A stretch of DNA of 64,000 nucleotides from a bacterium (GTDB taxonomy: Bacteria > SAR324 > NAC60-12): contig OZ242383.1 of the NCBI GenBank assembly GCA_965209155.1, positions 2,144,001-2,208,000 of the forward strand, given 5' to 3'. How positions within the stretch are numbered: the stretch's first letter is position 1; every line of letters starts with the position of its first letter. The notes below the pieces were generated by a model that had not been told where the DNA came from, did no database searches, and worked only from the letters and a program-made list of their open reading frames with translations. Of this stretch, positions 49,796-60,667 are shown piece by piece. Both the position numbers and the translations under genes were made by a program.

Positions 49796-52700
49796 TCACG
49801 GTCTGAACTGCAAAGCCCTTGGCATGAGATTACCCGGTTGGGAGACGATTCGATAGGCATTTTCCACCCAATCGCAGACGTAACGCCTCGTGTCTCGTGG
49901 ATCAATCATTTCTTCGATCTCGAAACGATTGAGCGGGCCAATGGGACCGCGGGCGCTTTCGATACGGTCGTAGAGTTCCGCACGGAAAGCTTCCGGGTCT
50001 TCTGCTTCGGCCAATTGGCGTTTGTAGGCGGCCTCAATCCCCCCTTCAGGAGAAATTCCTCCGGTATCGGCCGCTGGCCAGGTAAGGCGTACTGACGGTC
50101 TTTCGATCGGGGTGGCATAATTGTTCCCGCCCACCCCAAAACTGCGCCTCATGAGAACGGTAAATATCGGAACTTTGATCTGAGCGAAGGCGATCATCCA
50201 CTCCCCTCCTTTGCGGACTGTGCCATTGATTTCATGCTCCAGGCCTACCGCAAATCCGGGACTGTCCACCAGATTGAGGAGGGGAATATGGAAAAGGTCG
50301 CACATGTCGATATGCCGTTTCAATTTGTCGCAGCCGTCTGCGGTCAAAGCGCCCCCATTGGCGTGGCGGCTATCGGAGACAATCACTCCCATCGGATATC
50401 CATTGACCCGGGCCAATCCGGTGACCTGATCCGTGCCCCAAAGCGGGCCGATCTCAAAGAAGGAATCCTGATCGACAATCAGATGGATCACTTTGCGAAC
50501 ATCGAAGGTCATAGTGCGTTTCCGGGGAATGATGGTGAAGAGTTCCTCTTCGCGTCGGTCCGGCGAGTCCTTAGTCGCCACATGTGGAGGTACTTCATAA
50601 ACACTGGAAGGCAAATAAGAAAGAAAGCATTTGCTCATCTCCATCGCTTCTTCTTCGGATTCGGCGAGGTTGTCCACCGAACCGTTGGTACAGTGAATGT
50701 GCCATGCTCCTAAATCTTCTTTGGTGATGTCGTATCCCATGGCGTGCTGTACCACCGGAGGGCCTGCCACGAAAAGTTGAGCAATGTCCCGCACCATCAC
50801 CGAGAAATGGCCCAAAACCGCTTTGGCGGCTCCGAGGCCCACCACACTGCCGAGGAGCAGATTGACAACCGGCACCGTATACAGTTGTTCCGTATTAAAG
50901 ATTGCAGGCCTGGTGCCCAGGAAGGAAAGATCCCCCAACTCCTGCCACACGGGGTTTTCCGGACTTGATGGCTCCTGAACTTTCTTGAGCGGTGCTCTCT
51001 CCTTCTTTTTTCTGTTTGGGCACCATGGTGGCCACACTGCCCCCTCCCGAGGATCCATCTAATAAGCGCAGGGAGGGACATTTCAATTCCAGGGAGAGTT
51101 TGTCCAGGTAACGGCTCTTTTCCCCAATGGCTCCGTCAGAATGTCCTCCTCGGGAGGTGAAGTCATCGGCACACGCGATGACGGTGCGTCCTTCGATCTT
51201 GCCCCACCCACCAAAATGATTGGCGGGGGTGAAAGCGTCAATATAGCCCTCCGCGTCATACGAAGCGAAGCCAGCCAGGCTGCCCACTTCCCGAAACGAT
51301 CCTTTGTCCAACAAAAGATCGATGCGTTCCCGACAAGTCAGTTTTCCTCGATTGCGTTGCCGCACCACACCCCGTTCTGTGGAACCTGGAGCAAGCCGGG
51401 ATTCTGCGAACTTTCGCAAGGTTTGGGTTTCTTTCATCATTGGAGCCCAACTGTGCTCATCTTCCAGTTCCTGTTTGTTGTCGCTGCTTTCATCGGGGTT
51501 GATCACGGCAACCACTTGACCCGCAGTCACGGTATCTCCAGCAGAGAGGTGTGTCAATTCAAAGAGGGTTCCGGGACAAGGCGCGGCAACATCCGTTTCC
51601 ATTTTCATGGCACTGATGACCATGATCGATTCGCTTGTTTTGACAACATCCCCTTCCTGCTTCAACACCTCCACGACGACCCCTGTCATGGGAGCTTCGG
51701 CGCCACGTTTGCCGGTTTCGACCGAAAGCCCCGGAGTGTCATGGAGGGTGTCCGTGTATTTTCCAAGCCCTTTTGCACCCGCAACCAAGATACGGGCTTC
51801 CCGGGTCAGCAAGGTTAACGCTTTGCTTGGCACCCCACCCCCTTTGTGGTGGAGAAGCTCCGGTTCTTCGAGCAAGAGAGTGGTTCGCGCATCGCCTTCC
51901 CGGAGGGAGAGGTTGCATAATATGGATCGTAGTTGCTCGAGATTGTTGGGCAAGCCTTCAATATGATAATCGTTGATCGCCGCAAGGGTCCGGTCGAGGG
52001 CGGAGGACAAGGTATTAGAGGAGTTGGAAATGCCAATCACCTTTCCAAACAAAGGATCAAATTGGGGAGGCGGTGTCCAGCCTGCATAGCCACAGGCATC
52101 GACACGAATTCCTGGTCCGGAGGGCTCCTTGTATGCCGTGATTTTCCCTGCCCCTTGAGCTACGACTCGCACTTGCACGGCAAACCCTTTGGGAGGAGGG
52201 AGGATGTCTCGAGGATCCAGCCCAAGACTGGATAGGCTTGCTCCGGCGGCCAATTGAAACTGGGCTTCCACGAGGTCTACACCCGTGAGCATTTCCGTGA
52301 CCGTGTGCTCCACCTGGATGCGTGGATTGCATTCGATGAAGTAGTGATTGCCCGATTCTGGAGAAACCAAAAATTCGACAGTCCCGGCATTGGAATATTG
52401 AGCTGCTTTGGCGAGTTCGATCGCATCCGCGTACAGGTGTTCCCGGAGGGTGGCATCCAATTGAGCGGCTGGGGCGATTTCGACCACTTTTTGATTTCTG
52501 AGCTGCACCGAACAATCTCGCTCATAAAGATGCACCACTTTCCCTTGTTGATCGGCCAGGATTTGAACTTCAATGTGACGGGGTCGCTCAATGTATTTTT
52601 CCATAAATATCGCCCCATTACCGAAGGCCGCTTCCGCTTCGCTGGAACAGCGTTCAAAGGCTTCCTGGAGGTCCTCTGCTTGTTGCACCAAACGCATGCC

Positions 52701-53252
52701 GCGCCCTCCTCCTCCCGCGGAAGCTTTGAGCATGATCGGATATCCCATTTCACTTGCCAGGTTGGCTGCCTGATCGGCAGTTTTCAGGGCGTGCTCACTG
52801 CCGGGGACCACTGGAATTCCCAACGATTGCGCGAGAGTCCGAGCCTGAACTTTATCCCCAAAAAGCCGAAGAGTATGCGAGGAAGGACCGACGAACGAAA
52901 TCCCTGCAGCTTCACAACGGGCCGCCAATTCGGCATTTTCACTGAGAAAGCCGTACCCGGGGTGAATACAATCGCAATCCAAAGATTGGGCGACTTCCAG
53001 CATTGTATCAACATTCAGATAAGCATCGATCGCTTCCCCGGGGATTTCAGCGGAGTGGGTGGTATACGTCGGATGTAAGGCTTGCGCATCAATGCGTGGA
53101 TAAACACCGACCGACTCCATTCCAAGCGAAGTGGCCGCTTTGGCAATCCGAATGGCGATCTCCCCCCGATTGCTCACCAGAACACGTTTTAACTTTTTCA
53201 AACTTCTTTCCTCTATTGAGATGTTTAAATTTCGCAAAAAAGATTTACCCAT
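49796..53252 (-). pseudogene. Single-chain acyl-CoA carboxylase (biotin carboxylase-BCCP-carboxyltransferase) with an apparent frameshift near 50900-50915
   Basis: NRGEIA, HPGYGFLSEN, AMKM, DFTSRGG in one frame; TVPVV..GLGA, DSPGF in another. Confidence 0.8.
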
Positions 53253-53386
53253 AGCACCCTGAAACGCCCCTATGCCTTGGGCCCGGTCCTATAGAGCGCT
53301 TTGCCTCGATTCATGTTATGACCTCCATAGAAAAACTGAGAAAAATCAAAAAATCAATGAATAAGATAACAAGAATAAAATGAGAT

Positions 53387-53943
53387 GTAACTATTCAGGT
53401 CTCTGAAAAACCCGTTCAGTTAAATATCATTAAATAAGATTCCCGGAGAGGACCGATCGTTTTCAAGTCCTCCCACGATATGGTTCCATCAATCGGGAAC
53501 CCTCTTTTTCACTAAAACAACTTAGTGAAGGTATGATTTCGGCAATATATATTTTTTTGCATAATGTCAACCCCCCAATGAAAAAAAATGCAGGATTCGT
53601 AAAAAAAAAATTAAAAATCTATCAATCGGGGAGAACCGCTTCTTTACGATCATGAGCCAAAAAGCGAAGGTTCACTCCACAATTCAGTGTTTTTCCAGTG
53701 GTGATTATGATCGTAAACGCTTTGCCAGGAAGTTAAATCAGAGTGCTAAGCGCTCTTGCTTCCATGGTTCTCATTCTTTTTCAAAGAGTTGACTGGCTTC
53801 TTGAAGAGCCTCGAGGTGGGAATTGATGAAAGGGATTCAATATATTTTTGAACATTCGAGAGCATAAAGTCCTTTCCGGACTTTATGCCACGCAAAATCT
53901 GTGCTTAAATTGATGGGTTTTCTGAAGATACCTGAATAGTTAC
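53387..53943. mobile_element. 557-bp non-autonomous element (MITE-like)
   Basis: TIR GTAACTATTCAGGT/ACCTGAATAGTTAC with imperfect extension; no ORF. Confidence 0.7.
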
Positions 53944-54068
53944 GCGAACATTATCTATTTCAGAACAGGATGTCAATAATTTTTTAATCAACATCCGATT
54001 TATGTTAAGCAAGTGACAAAGCGAAGGAACTCATTATTGTCCTTCCATCCCTTATATAATGTTTGCTT

Positions 54069-54920
54069 TCACTCTCCAGCAATTTTCTGATTTCTTTCAG
54101 CCATGCCAGCGACCAAATTCGAGGAGGGAGCCATCCGCACCGTGATGCCCGCATCGACCATCAGGTTGTGTCCGGTTGTGTGGCGGCTTTCATCGCTGGC
54201 AAAATATAACGCCGCATAGGCAATGTCTTCCACAGTGCCGGCATGGTTCAGCGGCAACTCTTCATCAAAATATTCCGCCAACCGTTGAGTCCGGCGTTCA
54301 TTTTCTTCGGCAGATTGCGTATGGTGGCCTCCCCAGAAAATGGGGGTGACGATCGCTCCCGGGGAAATGCAATTGACTCGAATTCCAAATTCCGCCAACT
54401 GGGTGGCCCAGACTTTGGTGATGTGGATCACTCCGGCCTTGCTTGCCGAATAGAGAGGACCCGCGCCATCAGTGGTCACACCGGCGGTGCTGCCATTGTT
54501 GATAATGCTGCCGCTGCCTTGTTTTTTCATCACTGGCGTCACATATTTGAGACCAAGGAAACAGGAACCGAGATTGGTCATCAAGATCCGATTGAAATTT
54601 TCCACGCTAAACTCTTCCGGGGGAAGGTAAGATTCACCGATTCCGGCATTGTTGAACAAGACATCGACCCGTCCCCATTTGTCTGTGGTAGCATCAATCA
54701 AGGCTTTGACCTCCGCTTCCACTGAAACGTCGGTACGGATAAAATGCGCGTTCTCGCCTAACCGGTCTGCCAGCGCTTGACCGAGTTCCTCACCGCGCGC
54801 CGCAATCATCACACGGGCGCCTTCATTCACAAACATTTCTACGGTGCCAGCCCCCATGCCGCTATTGCCTCCTGTGACAATCGCGACTTTGCCAGCCAAT
54901 CTTCCCGAGTTTTCTGTCAT
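54069..54920 (-). CDS. SDR family oxidoreductase
   Basis: TGGNSGMG, NNAG, YSASK. Confidence 0.93.
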   Translation of the reverse strand: MTENSGRLAGKVAIVTGGNSGMGAGTVEMFVNEGARVMIAARGEELGQALADRLGENAHFIRTDVSVEAEVKALIDATTDKWGRVDVLFNNAGIGESYLPPEEFSVENFNRILMTNLGSCFLGLKYVTPVMKKQGSGSIINNGSTAGVTTDGAGPLYSASKAGVIHITKVWATQLAEFGIRVNCISPGAIVTPIFWGGHHTQSAEENERRTQRLAEYFDEELPLNHAGTVEDIAYAALYFASDESRHTTGHNLMVDAGITVRMAPSSNLVAGMAERNQKIAGE

Positions 54921-55340
54921 GGTTTTCTCCTTAAGTTTAATTCAAATCAAAGGTTGAAATGAAGCTTTACGCAATAAGTTTATTTATACCTGCTTGTAGA
55001 GAGGATCATATAAAAAAATTTTGAGGAGGTCAACAAGCATATTTGTCCATCTTAAACCCTTGATTGCGAGTGCTCTTGTCATCCACGTAGCCATTGAATA
55101 TTACTGAATCTGTCCCTGAAACAGTCAAAAAAGGATCAAAATGGAAGAAAAAATATTCACCTACCTTCAATAATATCAGTGATTTGCATTTCAACTCAAA
55201 AAAAAATCAAAAATTTTTCTTAAAAAATTATTGACATATATATATTGCAGCTATCGTACCATAGAATTGCTGGAAAAGAGAGGAAGTGAATGAGGATTCA
55301 GTGTTCTTAAGAAATTTCTGGCCCGCTTCGTTGGACTGAG

Positions 55341-55529
55341 CGTGGCAGACGTTGTGTCTGCTGCGAAAATCCGATTCAATCCAGTATGGGTGAATCGTTC
55401 TTCTAACCCTCAATTAAGTGAGATTCCAATGGGTATTTTAACAAAACCCGACATCCCCGTTGCGGGGTTAAACGTGGCAGACGTTGTGTCTGCTGCGAAA
55501 ATCCGATTCGTTCAGTAGTATGACGAATT
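55341..55529 (+). repeat. Tandem structured leader: 37-bp direct repeat (55341-77, 55473-509), each followed by a hairpin
   Basis: CGTGGCAGACGTTGTGTCTGCTGCGAAAATCCGATTC twice. Confidence 0.85.
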
Positions 55530-55560
55530 AAATTATTTCACCTCAAATTTAAGAGGAATC

Positions 55561-57351
55561 ATGAAGAAAAGCAAAACCAGAATAATTCAATCATTATTAC
55601 TCACCTTCATTCTGATGGTGACCGCTTTTTGGGTCAGCCCGGCTGTGGCTGCCGAGAAAAAGATGGTCAAAGACCCGGCAACAGGCAAGATGGTGACGGC
55701 ACCCGAGTACGGCGGCACCCTCACCATCCCGGGCAAGAACGAGATCTTGGACCAGGACCCGTCAATCGGCGGACACTGGGCCGCCTTTCAGATCTCTATG
55801 GTCCAAGAGAAGCTGGCTATCCTCGACTGGGCTACCCCACGAGACGTGTATCCGATGACTTTCTATTACCAACCGTTCGAGCACTTGACCGGTTGGCTGG
55901 CAGAGAGTTGGTCGAATCCCGACCCCCAGACGTTCATCGTCAAGATCAAGCAGGGGGTCAAATGGCACAACAAGGCGCCAGTCGACGGCCGCGAGCTGAC
56001 CGCTGAAGACGTCGCCTGGACCTACCGCCGCATCGGTGGCCTGCTCGACTGGAAGCCGGAGTATTTCTACGTGTTGCGCAATTTTCCGTGGCAGTCCATC
56101 GAGTCCACCGACCGGTACACGGTCGTGTTCAAGTTAACCGAGCCGCGCATGGACCTGGCAGACAACGTGCTTTTGGAGGTCGGCACCTGGATCCTGCCGC
56201 CGGAGGTCATTGAACAGCACGGCAACTACTCCGACTGGCGTAACGTGGTCGGCAGCGGGCCATACGAGCTGGATGACTTCCAGCCGGGGGTACGCAAGCG
56301 GTGGGTGCGCAATCCCAACTACCATGGCTTCGACGAGAAGTACCCGGACAACAAGCTGCCCTACATCGATGAGATCATCTCTCTCCACATGGAAGAAGAG
56401 GCGACCGCCACGGCCGCGCTGCGCACCGGTCAGTTAGACATGCTCAATATCGGCGGTGGCATCACGCTGACCACCTTCGAAGCGGTGAATGCCGTCCAGA
56501 AGACCAACCCCGACATGCAGGTATTCCCGTACTACATTCGGGCGCTGCAGGTGTCCGGCATGAATATCCGCAGACCGCCCTTCGACGACATCCGCGTGCG
56601 CAAGGCCATGAACATGGCCATCGACCGGGACGCCATCAACGAGAGCTACTACGGCGGGTATGCCTACCCGACTGTGCAGGGCTTCGTCGGCGCCGCGATG
56701 GGCCCCCTCCACACACCGTTCGAGGAGTGGCCCGCGGATCTGCAGGCGGAGTACTCCTACAATCCCGAGAAGGCTGAGCAATTGCTTGACGAAGCCGGGC
56801 TTCCGCGCGGTGCGGACGGCGTACGACTGCGGGTCACCTACGACCACCGCGACGTCATCGACCTCGGTTGGGTCGAGATCGTGGCCGGCTACTGGAAGGA
56901 GATCGGCGTGGAGCTGGAGATCAACGTGATGGACACCGGCGCCTGGGTCGATCGCCGTTCCCGCGGGGTCTACGAGATGGCGACCGGCGACTCGGGTTGG
57001 GATTTGAATCCCACGCACATCATGAGCTTCTACGGCCACGCGCTGAACAACTCTTCGGACCAGTCGCGTGAATATGCCGGCGGGGTCGAGGACGCGACCA
57101 TGAGTCGGCTCTACGAGGCGTTCAACGCAGCGACCAGCAAGGAAGCGTGGATCCCGATCATGAAAGAGTTCAACGAGTACATCATGCGGCAGCACTTCCA
57201 GGTCTATGGCCACAAGGCGCCGCTGTTCCAGGTGGCCCAACCCTGGGTCAAGGGGTTCAACGGCGAGACGCAACTGCATGGTGCGGAGGAGCACCTGGTT
57301 CTCTCGCGGATCTGGCTCGACCAAGACCTTAAGCGGGAAATGGGGTACTGA
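55561..57351 (+). CDS. Peptide/nickel ABC substrate-binding protein (family 5)
   Basis: Paralogue of 1491-3398. Confidence 0.92.
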   Translation: MKKSKTRIIQSLLLTFILMVTAFWVSPAVAAEKKMVKDPATGKMVTAPEYGGTLTIPGKNEILDQDPSIGGHWAAFQISMVQEKLAILDWATPRDVYPMTFYYQPFEHLTGWLAESWSNPDPQTFIVKIKQGVKWHNKAPVDGRELTAEDVAWTYRRIGGLLDWKPEYFYVLRNFPWQSIESTDRYTVVFKLTEPRMDLADNVLLEVGTWILPPEVIEQHGNYSDWRNVVGSGPYELDDFQPGVRKRWVRNPNYHGFDEKYPDNKLPYIDEIISLHMEEEATATAALRTGQLDMLNIGGGITLTTFEAVNAVQKTNPDMQVFPYYIRALQVSGMNIRRPPFDDIRVRKAMNMAIDRDAINESYYGGYAYPTVQGFVGAAMGPLHTPFEEWPADLQAEYSYNPEKAEQLLDEAGLPRGADGVRLRVTYDHRDVIDLGWVEIVAGYWKEIGVELEINVMDTGAWVDRRSRGVYEMATGDSGWDLNPTHIMSFYGHALNNSSDQSREYAGGVEDATMSRLYEAFNAATSKEAWIPIMKEFNEYIMRQHFQVYGHKAPLFQVAQPWVKGFNGETQLHGAEEHLVLSRIWLDQDLKREMGY

Positions 57352-57381
57352 CCCCGGCCGGTAAAACGGTCCAACGAACGC

Positions 57382-57412
57382 GGGGTGGCGGGAACGAACC
57401 GCCACCCCTTTT
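57382..57412 (+). terminator. Hairpin plus T-tract after the SBP gene
   Basis: GGGGTGGCGG-N7-CCGCCACCCC-TTTT. Confidence 0.7.
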
Positions 57413-57442
57413 CTTGCGTTACGAGTGTGGAGGTAAACTGAC

Positions 57443-58411
57443 GTGCGTGCATATCTGATCAGGCGGGTGCTGCTGGTCATCCCGACCCTCTTCATCGTCA
57501 CCATCCTCGTGTTTCTCTCGGTGCGCTTCATTCCCGGCAACATCATCGAGGTGATGGTCTCCCGGATGGGTTACGAAGGCGGAGGCGCGATCGACATTGA
57601 TGCCGCAAAGAAGCGGCTCGGGCTCGATGTCCCCGTTTACGTGCAGTACGCGCGGTGGATGGGGGACATCATCGTGAATGGCACCCTCGGTAGCTCGCTG
57701 TATGGCGGCTCGAGCGGCGACACGGTGGAGGCGATGATGTCCTCCAGGATAGGCGTGACCCTCGAGCTCGGGCTGCTGGCAATCCTGACCGGTCTGATCA
57801 TCGCGGTGCCGGTCGGTATCTATTCGGCGATTCGGCAGTACACGGTGGCCGACTACGTGGGCCGCTCGGTGGCGATCATCGGCCTGGCGACCCCGAATTT
57901 CTGGCTCGCGCTGCTGGTCATCATCTACCCGGCTATCTGGTGGGGTTGGACGCCCCAAATCGTGTACGTCCCCTTCGGCGTCGACCCGCTGGCCAACCTC
58001 TCCATATTCATCTTTCCCGCCCTGATACTGGGAACCTACCTGGCGGCCAGCACCATGCGCATGACCCGCACGATGATGCTGGAAGTCCTGCGCCAGGACT
58101 ACGTGAGGACGGCCTGGGCCAAGGGCCTCAAGGAGCGCAGAGTGGTGCTGCGCCACGCGGTCAAGAACGCCCTCATCCCGGTCGTCACGCTGATCGGCCT
58201 GCAGATCCCTATCATCGCCGGTGGCTCGGTCATCATGGAGAACATCTTCAATCTGCCCGGGCTCGGGCGCCTGATGCTGGACGCGCTCAACAACCGCGAC
58301 TACCCGGTGGTGTCCGGCGCGAACCTGTTCTTCGCCTCGGTCGTGGTGGTGATCAACCTGATCACCGACCTGACGTACGCCTTCCTGGATCCGAGGATTC
58401 GCTATGAGTGA
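57443..58411 (+). CDS. Peptide/nickel ABC permease (DppB-like)
   Basis: DYVRTAWAKG, LDPR. Confidence 0.92.
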   Translation: MRAYLIRRVLLVIPTLFIVTILVFLSVRFIPGNIIEVMVSRMGYEGGGAIDIDAAKKRLGLDVPVYVQYARWMGDIIVNGTLGSSLYGGSSGDTVEAMMSSRIGVTLELGLLAILTGLIIAVPVGIYSAIRQYTVADYVGRSVAIIGLATPNFWLALLVIIYPAIWWGWTPQIVYVPFGVDPLANLSIFIFPALILGTYLAASTMRMTRTMMLEVLRQDYVRTAWAKGLKERRVVLRHAVKNALIPVVTLIGLQIPIIAGGSVIMENIFNLPGLGRLMLDALNNRDYPVVSGANLFFASVVVVINLITDLTYAFLDPRIRYE

Positions 58412-59384
58412 GCCACTGCCAGTCGATCCTAAAGAGGGGGCATCGGGCGCTTCCGCAGCCGAGCGCCGTCGACCCGTTGCGAGCTTCTTCCACCGGCTCC
58501 TGAAGGAGCAACCGCTGGGAGCTGCTGCCGGCGTCGTCGTCCTGGTGCTCGTCTTCGTCGCTATCTTTGCAGAGCAGCTGACGCCCTACGAGTACGACAT
58601 CGGCCGCATACGGGACCGGATGAAGGGGCCATCGCTCGAGCACCCGCTCGGTACCGACCATGCCGGGCGCGACGTGCTGGCCCGCATCTTGAAGGGCGCT
58701 CAAGTATCGCTGCTTGTAGGACTGACGGCAACCTTGCTGAACACGATGGTCGCGCTGCTGGTTGGTGGCACCACGGGATTCATCGGGGGCCGGATCGACG
58801 TCTACACCCAGCGCTTCGTCGATGCGTGGATGTCGTTCCCGGGATTGCTGTTGCTGCTCACCATCATGTCGTTAGTAGAACGAAGCCTCGTCATGGTCAT
58901 CGTGGTGCTCGGCGTGACCGGCGGCATCCCCGCCTCGCGGGTGGTACGCGGCGCAGTGATCGGTATCAAGGAGAACGACTACTTTCTGGCAGCGAAGGCC
59001 GTGGGTACTCCAGCGACTCGGATCCTGTTAAGGCATGTGCTGCCCAATATCGCTGCCCCGCTCATTGTCATCTTCAGTATCAACGTCGGCGCCGTCATCA
59101 TCGCCGAGGCCTCGCTGAGTTTCCTGGGCTTTGGCATGCCGGTGAACATCCCAAGCTGGGGCGGCATGCTGAGCCGCGAGGGCCGCAGGTACATGGAGCT
59201 GGCACCACGGTTGGCGCTCTGGCCGGGGCTGTGCCTGACGATTACCGTCTACTGTCTCAACATGTTCGGTGATGCCATGCGGGACCTGCTCGACCCCAGG
59301 CTGCGAGGCGGACAAGGCAGTTATGGCGCCACCAGGAAACGCAAACGAGGTCTGCTGGCCAGACTGATCAACCCCTTCAATTGA
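58404..59384 (+). CDS. Peptide/nickel ABC permease (DppC-like)
   Basis: HPLGTDHAGRD, EASLSFLG, GDAMRDLLDPR. Confidence 0.92.
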   Translation: MSEPLPVDPKEGASGASAAERRRPVASFFHRLLKEQPLGAAAGVVVLVLVFVAIFAEQLTPYEYDIGRIRDRMKGPSLEHPLGTDHAGRDVLARILKGAQVSLLVGLTATLLNTMVALLVGGTTGFIGGRIDVYTQRFVDAWMSFPGLLLLLTIMSLVERSLVMVIVVLGVTGGIPASRVVRGAVIGIKENDYFLAAKAVGTPATRILLRHVLPNIAAPLIVIFSINVGAVIIAEASLSFLGFGMPVNIPSWGGMLSREGRRYMELAPRLALWPGLCLTITVYCLNMFGDAMRDLLDPRLRGGQGSYGATRKRKRGLLARLINPFN

Positions 59385-59680
59385 TATGCAGACAAAAGCA
59401 GTTACCACAATAGCGCTTGTTCGAGTGCTCGAATCACCTGCGAACCCGAAGGCCCGCTAACAACAGGCGTCTCGATGCCACCAGGATAAAATTCAGGCAT
59501 GATCACGATTCAACTTGATAAAATCAAACCAATCCAGCATCATTTTGATGGCGACGTCGAATCCTTGAATAGCTGTTTCGGTTTCACGTGCACGTGCGCG
59601 ATTGAAGAGTAATAGCCAGACAACAGCTGAATTCAGGATAACGCGCACTATTTTCCTTAAAGAAATGCAAAACAGAACGA

Positions 59681-60208
59681 ATGATTGGATACGACATGCA
59701 AAAACGCCCTGATTTCATCAAAAACTGTGAAGAATTGATTTCAAGCAAAACCTGGACTTACCCCGGAGATTCAGAGACTTTTGGTACTGAAGCCTTGCTC
59801 AGCCGAAAAATGGGATTGAAAAGAGTGGCGATCAACCTGGCGGTATTGCAACCCGGTGATCGCAGTTCATGGCCTCACGCGCACAAAGAAGAGGAAGAGT
59901 TTATCTTCATTTTTCAGGGTCATCCGCAAGTCTGGGTGGATGGTAGAGTTTATGACCTGGAACCCGGCGACTGCGTCGGATTTCCTCCGGGGACGGGACA
60001 CGCGCACACATTGCTCAACAACTCGGAAAACGTGGTCCTTGCTATCGTTGTGGGTGAGACGAAACCGGTCAACGAAAAACTGTTTTATCCCATGCATCCC
60101 GGAAGAAATGAGGAGATCAAGGAAAAAGGATTTTTCTGGCAGGAACACCCGCAACATGAATTCGGACTGCATGATGGATGGCCTGACAAGAAAAGGCCGG
60201 CCAAATAA
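59681..60208 (+). CDS. Cupin-domain protein
   Basis: SSWPHAH..EEE, GFPPGTGHAH. Confidence 0.85.
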   Translation: MIGYDMQKRPDFIKNCEELISSKTWTYPGDSETFGTEALLSRKMGLKRVAINLAVLQPGDRSSWPHAHKEEEEFIFIFQGHPQVWVDGRVYDLEPGDCVGFPPGTGHAHTLLNNSENVVLAIVVGETKPVNEKLFYPMHPGRNEEIKEKGFFWQEHPQHEFGLHDGWPDKKRPAK

Positions 60209-60430
60209 TAACGAAAACTTCTTCAGAGATAACCCTGCTCTTTGGCTTCGGCTTCCACCTCCTCGAAATCTCGCATCACTTTGATCTTCGCATCGTATTC
60301 GGAAAACCCCTTTTTATCGATTAAAAATCGTTGTAACGCATATGTCATGTACGCCTGGAATTCTTTATGGTAGGAATTGAGATTATCCATGCATGCTCCT
60401 CGTCAAAGTCTTTTCCCCGGTTTGTTGCTT

Positions 60431-60655
60431 TCAATTAATATTTTTCCAATTCCCCTTATTTGCGGGGCTTCCACTTTTTTTCAATGCGCTGAAACACTGC
60501 GTCAGCAAAATTGCCGCCTCTTTGCGAATTACTTCCACTTGAGCCACGTCGGTGTCTTCGGGAAAGGAGAGTTTAAAATGAAGATCCCGAAATGCAAGAT
60601 CGAGGTGGGATTGCTCCTCTTCCATCGAATTTGCAAGAGAAATCAAAAAGGTCAT
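60431..60655 (-). CDS. Hypothetical protein downstream of icmF
   Basis: 74-aa ORF just after the icmF stop. Confidence 0.45.
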   Translation of the reverse strand: MTFLISLANSMEEEQSHLDLAFRDLHFKLSFPEDTDVAQVEVIRKEAAILLTQCFSALKKSGSPANKGNWKNIN

Positions 60656-60667
60656 CTGAGATCCCGT

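Noticed and set aside
55345..55361. GCAGAC-N5-GTCTGC as a second LexA box
   Set aside because: Spacing differs by 1 bp from the palindrome at 32165, and it is part of a larger repeated structure
56434..58156. Long antisense ORFs (also 5197-6090, 18746-19609, 52254-53078, 62735-63397)
   Set aside because: Shadows of well-supported genes on the opposite strand, with no motifs
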